Source of the DNA: Leucoraja ocellata
Taxonomy: Eukaryota
Assembly: GCA_036785375.1 (NCBI GenBank)
Contig: JAWMAR010000344.1
Span: forward strand, 496,001 to 560,000
Length of the DNA: 64,000 bases
Reading direction: 5' to 3'
Shown here: positions 57,828 through 64,000 of the stretch, piece after piece
Layout of the letters: every line of letters begins with the position of its first letter
Numbering within the stretch: the stretch's first letter is position 1
The notes under the pieces: generated by a model
What the model was told of the DNA's origin: nothing
The model's database searches: none
The model's input: only the letters and a program-made list of their open reading frames with translations
Made by a program: the position numbers and the translations under genes

Positions 57828-58148
57828 GGGGTGACACGGTGGCGCAGCGGTATAGCTGCTGCCTCATAGCGCCACAGAGCCGGGTTTGATCCCAACTACG
57901 AGTGCAGTCTGTTCGGAGTTTGCACGTTCACGCTGTGACTGCGCAGGTTTTCTCCGGGCTCTCTTGTTTCCTCCCGCATTCCAAAGCCGTGCAGATTTGT
58001 ACGTTAATTGGCTTCTGTAAATTGTCCCTCATGTGTAGGATTGAACAAGTGTATGGGGCAATTGCTGGTCAGTGCAGCCTCGATGGGCTGGCCAGTTTTA
58101 TCTCTTAAACTAAACTAAACTAAACTAAACTAAACTAAACTAAACTAA
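57828..58148 (+). mobile_element. HE1-like V-SINE with long (CTAAA)n tail
   Basis: GGTGGCGCAGCGG head, V-domain, (CTAAA)8 tail. Confidence 0.85.
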
Positions 58149-58275
58149 GGATGAAAGAGTCCTTAGACCTGAAGCATTAACTATTTCTCTTTCCGCAGAC
58201 ACTGCCTAACTTGGTGAGTGCTTCCAGCATTTTCATGTGGTGCAAATTCTTACCTCAGTCCTAAATGTCTTACTC

Positions 58276-59835
58276 CGAAGATAGACACAAAAAGCTGGAA
58301 TAACTCAGCGGGACAGGCAGCATTTCTGGAGAGATGGAATGGGTGACGTTTCGGCTCGACATCCTTCTTCAGACAGGTTAGGGATAAGGGAAATGAGAGA
58401 TATAGATGGTGATGTGGAGAGATAAAGAACAATGAATGAATGATATGCAAAAAAGGAATGATGATAAAGGAAACATGGTTAGGGTTAGGGTTTGTAGGGT
58501 GAAAATGAGAAGCTAGTGCGATTTGGCTGGGGAAGGGATAGAGAGAGGGAATGCTGGGGCTACCTGAAGTGAGAGAAATCAATATTCAAACCACTGGGCT
58601 GTAAGCTGCCCAAGCGAAATATGAGATGCTGTTCCTCCAATTTGCGTTTATCCTCACTCTGACAATGGAGGAGACCGAGGACAGAAATGTCTGTGTAGGA
58701 ATGGGAAGGAGAATTAAAGTGTCCAGCAACCGGGAGATCAGGTAGGTTCAGGCAGACTGAGCGAAGGTGTTCCACGAAACGATCGCCCAATCTGCGTTTG
58801 GTGTCGCCGATGTATATGAGTCCACATCTTGAACAACGGATACAGTAGATGTGGTTGGAGGAGGTGTAAGTGAACCTCTGCCAAACCTGAAAGGACTGTC
58901 GGGGTCCCTGGACAGAGTCGAGGGAGGAGGTATTGTATAGCGACAGGTGTTGCATCTTCTGCGATTGCAGGGGAAAATGCCTGCGGGGGGGGGGGTGGTG
59001 GTTTGGGTGGGAAGGGATGAGCTAACCAGGGAGTTGTGGATGGAACGATCTCTGTGGAAGGCGGAAAGTGGTGGAGATGGGAAAATATGGGCTAATGGTT
59101 GGAACCCGTTGGAGAAGCGGAAATTGTGGAGGATTATGTGTTGTATGCGACGGCTGATGGGGTGGCAGGTAAGGACTTGGGGGACTCTGTCTCTGTTGTG
59201 ACTAAGGGGAGGGGGAGCAAGGGCAGAGCTGGGATTACCAAGGAAACACGAGTGAGGGCCTCATTTATGATGGGAGAGGGGAACCCCTGTTCCCTAAAGA
59301 ATGGAGACATCCCGGATGTTCTAGTATGGAACACCTCATCTTGGGCGCAGATACAGCGTAGACGGGGAATTGGGTTGGTGAATAGGGGAGTAGGGGAATC
59401 CAACCTGATCTCCCGGTTGCAGGACACTTTAATTCTCCTTCCCATTCCTACACAGACCTTTCTGTCCTCAGTCTCCTCCATTTCATCTCACATTTCGCTT
59501 GGGCAGCTTACAGCCCAGTGGTATGAATATTGATTTCTCTCACATCAGGTAGCCCTGGCATTCCCTCTCTCTCTATCTCTCCCCCAATCAAAGCGCACTA
59601 GCTTCTCATTTTCACCCAACAACCAGCTTACAATTGCCTGTGTCCTTTATCATCGTTACTTTTTTGCATAACTTTCATTCATTGTTCTTTATCACTCCAC
59701 ATCACTGTCTATATCTCTCGTTTCCCTTATCCCTAACCAGTCTGAAGAAGGGTCTCGACCCGAAACCTATTCTTTCTCTCCAGAGATGCTGCCTGTCCCG
59801 CTGAGTTACTCCAGCTTTTTGTGTCTATCTTTGGT
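58276..59835 (-). mobile_element. 5'-truncated Penelope-like retroelement (GIY-YIG, Neptune-like) with inverted pLTRs
   Basis: ORF 58560-58955 reads IYCIRCSRCGLIYIGDTKRRLGDRFVEHLRSV...HFN...EQHLIFRLGSLQPSGLN; 59400-59835 is an inverted copy of 58276-58750; hammerhead-type cores at both ends. Confidence 0.92.
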
Positions 59836-61140
59836 GGAGCTGGCTTGAAGGGCTGAATAGCCTATTCCTGCACCTACTGTCTATTGTCTAAACCAGCATC
59901 TGCAGTTCCTTCTTACACACTAAATATCTTTCTCCTTCCTCTAAGATTGTGACTTCTGCTTCTAAACTCCTCAGCCAGGGGAATTGTCCTCATTCCATCG
60001 CACCTGCAAAGCCCTGTAGGGATTTTATCGGTTTCAACGCAACTTCCTCTAATTTTTCGAAACTTTAAAGATTACAGTCTTAAAGCAAAGATTGATAGAT
60101 TCTTGATTAGTAGGGCTGTCAAAGGTTATGGGGAGAAGGCAGGAGAATGGGGTTGAAAGGGAAAGATAGATCAGCCATGATTAAATGGCGGAGTAGACTT
60201 GATCGGCCAAATTGTGAATTGTGAGAGTGGAATTCTCTGCCTAACCAGGGAGTTGCGGAGGGAACGGTCTCTGAGTCAGGGGATATGGGGAGAAGGCAAG
60301 AATGGGGTACTGATTAGGGATGGTAGACAAAATTGCTGGAGAAACTCAGCGGGTGCAGCAGCATCTATGAAGCGAAGGAAATAGGCAACGTTTCGGGCCG
60401 AAACCCTTCTTCAGTCTGAAGCTGCTGCACCCGCTGAGTTTCTCCAGCACTTTTGTCTACCTTCGATTTTCCAGCATCTGCAGTTCCTTCTTAAATACTG
60501 ATTAGGGATGATCAGCCACGATCACATTGAATGATGGTGCTGGCTCGAAGGGCTGAATGGCCTACTTGCACCTGTTTGTCTATTGTCTAAATGGATAATT
60601 CTGCTCCTATTACTTATGAACTTATTGTACTTGTCCTCTGACAATAAAAGTCATCTCTGAAGCCAGGTTATATATTCCATGGCAAAGGGGTCCAATTTAA
60701 GTTAGAGAGATCACATGCACACAATACTCCACATGCAAATTTACTAAAGCTTTATGCAATTGCAGTAACTGAGACCATTGCAGCTCGAGAGGGTTTCAGA
60801 CACATGTAATTTTAAAGGATTAAAATGATCAGTGAATTACTGTAAATTACAATGTGTTTTGCCATCTTAAATATGCCAGTTACATAACAGTACATATAGT
60901 GCCAAAACTAACTAATGATTTTTTTTGTGTTTCCTATCTCCAATAGCTTTATGCCATTGACAATCTAATGGCACCTTTGTGCATACTGAGCCAAGATTCT
61001 TTACTTAGGGTGGAGTTTAATGAATTACTAAATGGTTTGCAAATAAAAGGATGAAAAATATTGTATTCTTGTGATGTGCTGATCTTTATTGAACAGAGGT
61101 TAAGTGGCTTCCTGTGTTTGCCCACATCAAACCTCATCAG

Positions 61141-61470
61141 GGGCAGCACAGTGGTGCAGCAGTAGAGTTGTTGCCTTACAAAACCAGAGACCCGTGTTCG
61201 ATCCTGTGTTCAACCTACGGGTGCTGTCTGTACGGAGTTTGTACGTTCTCCCCGTGGTCACATGGGTTTTCTCTGGGTGCTCCGCTTTGCTCCCACACTC
61301 TAAAGACACACAGGTTTGTAGGTTAATTGGTTTCAGTAAAATGGTAAATTGTCCCTAGTGTGTAGGATAATGCCAGTGTGCAGGAATCCCTGGTCAGCGT
61401 AGATTCGGTGGGCCGAAGGGCATGTTTCGCTAAACTAAACTAAACTAAACTAAACTGAACTGAACTAAAC
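61141..61470 (+). mobile_element. HE1-like V-SINE
   Basis: Head, V-domain, (CTAAA/CTGAA)n tail. Confidence 0.85.
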
Positions 61471-64000
61471 CCCCTAATGGTCACTGCAAAAACATTCTGA
61501 TTGAAAACAACAATGGCTTTTTGCCAACAAACCACTCACTCTGGCAGAATATCTTAAAAAAAACACTTGCACCCGTCTGAAATTCAGCAGCATATTTGGG
61601 AACACACTCAAACGAAAGAAGAAGGGTCCTGACCTGAAACGTCACCTATCCATTCCCACCCTAGAAACTGTCTGACCCACATATTTCTCCAACACTTTGT
61701 GTTTAGCTCGAGATTTCACCATCTGCAGTATCTTGTGTCTCCAATCAAACTATTGGCAGTCCTACCTCATTACCACATGGTTCGAACTAAAAAAAACGAT
61801 ATGCACTGGCCATCTCCTGTGAGATGATAGGTGTGGCTATTTAAGGTTTGGCTTGCAGAACAAGCGAAATAAGCTGCAAAGATTATTTTATTTCCCTTAA
61901 AAAGAACTTTATGGATTTTGCTTGGCTTCATGGAAAAGTTTATTTTCTTCGATGCTATATTTTTTGAGACAGCTGAAGCAGCTTTGTGTGACTATAAATT
62001 TCAGTTTTATTTCAAATTTGCTTTCACTGGAATTGAAAGAAATACTCTGTAATAAGAATCACAGAAGGTGCCGTAATGCCAATGAACTTGAGCAGCACAT
62101 TTCTAATTTTTTAGTTTAGAGATTCAGCGCAGAAACCGGCCCTTCATCCCACTGAGTGTGCACCGACCAGCAATCCCCGTACATGAACACTGTCCTACAC
62201 ACACTAGGGACAATTTTTACACATACACCAATCCAATTAACCTACATAACTGTACGTCTTTGGAGTGTGGGAGGAAACCGAAGATCTCGGAGAAAACCCC
62301 ATAGATTAGTTTGAATAATTCCGGTAGTTATAAGCTTCTTCTGCATTGATCATTGCAATTTTGTACAGCTGTAAAAAATAATATTATGTTGGGTACACCT
62401 GCAACTTATAAGCTCATAAGTTCACAAGTGATAGGAGTAGAATTAGGTCATTCAGCCCATTTGGCCCAATTAAATAATTTAAAACATTAAATTAAACAAA
62501 TTTAATGTTTAATTGTTGTAATTGAAAATAAAACCCTTCTTCGCTCCATTACCTCTGTCAATTTTATTTCAAAAGCTTAACAATTTTTCAATTACAGTGA
62601 AAGCAACTTTGAAATAAAACTGAAAATTAAAGTTATGCAAAGCTGTTTCGACTCAGTCTCATGGCTGATCTATCTCTCCCTCTCAACCACTTTTTTCTGC
62701 CTTCTCCCCATAACCCCTGATTCTGATAGGCATTGAATTGTGTTGTAGCCAGTCCAAGATGTCTGTCTTTGTTTTTCATTATTCTATAATCAGAGCAGCG
62801 TTAAAAATAGGCAATATTTTGAGAAAGACTTTGGTTTTCCTTGAAGGCAGCCCGCCATCCTGCTTTCCTATTTATATTTCATATTTCCTTTCAAAGTAGA
62901 TGGAGGCCATTTGCATCTTTGCCAGCCCTCAGAGCAATATCTTCAATTGTTTTCTCCATTTGTTTTTTCTGCAACCCATTCTCTTTCACATGTACATTAA
63001 TTACATCCTTGTTCATATCCTGGGCCACCTACTCTCGAGGCGGTTTAGAGTATGCAGTTTCGAGGCTGTCTCGATCCATCTTCAGGGTGTGGGAGGAAAT
63101 TCGATTGCCTGGGAAAAATGCACGTGATCATGCAAACTCCAAACTTGTGCTATGTGTGCTGGGCTGGGAGTGATCTTAGTTTGGCAATGTGTGTTTAAGC
63201 CATACTGACTGTGGGAATTGTAATCAAATGAGAGATGTGACGGGATATCAAAAGTAGAAAGAATGTTGATAGAACATTGTTAGAGCATGTGTTTATAGAA
63301 ACACCTGCAGGCAACACAATAGAAACAGTGTGTTTAGGCAAACAAACATATCGCTGCCAACTTTCCGCATGAGCAATAAGTCATACTTATCCACCCTCTG
63401 TTCATACATTACCAGTCTCTTTTCCTTTATACTCTTATTTAATCTATAATACTGATGTTATTTCTTTGCAACTTAATTCCACGTCCTCACAGTTCTATGT
63501 GGGCCAAAGTTTCACCTGCGCTTTATATTAAATCTCTTACATTGTGTAAATAGGATCTCTTACCACCATGTTCAAGGCTCTTATTGTTAACCCCTCAGCA
63601 ACTGGAATCTGAGTTCCAACCAGAATTTCCATTTCTTTTACTTCACTCCATTAATCCACGTTTGAATGAAATAAAGTTAATTGGCTTCCTCCTTGTGTAG
63701 GAAGGAACTGCAGATGCTGGTTCATATCGAAGATAGGAACAAAAAGCTGGAGTAACTCAGCGGGTCAGGTAGCATCTCTGGATAGAGGGAATGGGTGACG
63801 TTTTGGTTGGCAGGAAGAGTTTAGATGTCGAAGGGCAAAATGCAGACAAATTAGATTAGCCCAGTTTGCCTACTTGGTCGGCATGGACAAGGTGGACCGA
63901 AGAGCCTGTTTCCGTTTTGTGTAGCTCTATGCCTCGCTAACACAGTGGGGAGGTTATGAAGGGAATGGTAGACATATATGGGAAAGGTAGACACTTCCAC

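Overview
Eukaryotic (vertebrate) genomic DNA, almost certainly from a cartilaginous fish (skate/ray-like), judging by HE1-type V-SINEs, Deu-domain SINEs, shark-type CR1 LINEs and Penelope remnants. The first 18 kb hold the complete 13-exon coding region of FAM114A2 on the + strand (634..18066, 545 aa, all GT-AG, phases consistent). The remaining ~46 kb is intergenic and repeat-dense: CR1 LINEs with three different tail types, a near-full CR1 with an esterase ORF1, Rex1/Babar and L2 fragments, Penelope-like elements, MITEs and a 200-N assembly gap. Most notable points: (1) an ~90-bp extended-synaptotagmin (ESYT) coding fragment, apparently spliced, inside FAM114A2 intron 12; (2) many minimal hammerhead-ribozyme cores in Penelope-derived elements, several of which form foldback hairpins; (3) a GC-rich non-coding retroposon family with a Rex1/Babar-type tail and a covarying hairpin; (4) a TA-flanked MITE whose interior is an inverted duplication of that retroposon; (5) inverted CR1 tails closely flanking the frame-preserving exon 5. 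All family assignments come from motif recognition by eye; no database search was run. No prokaryote-type system (CRISPR etc.) is present.
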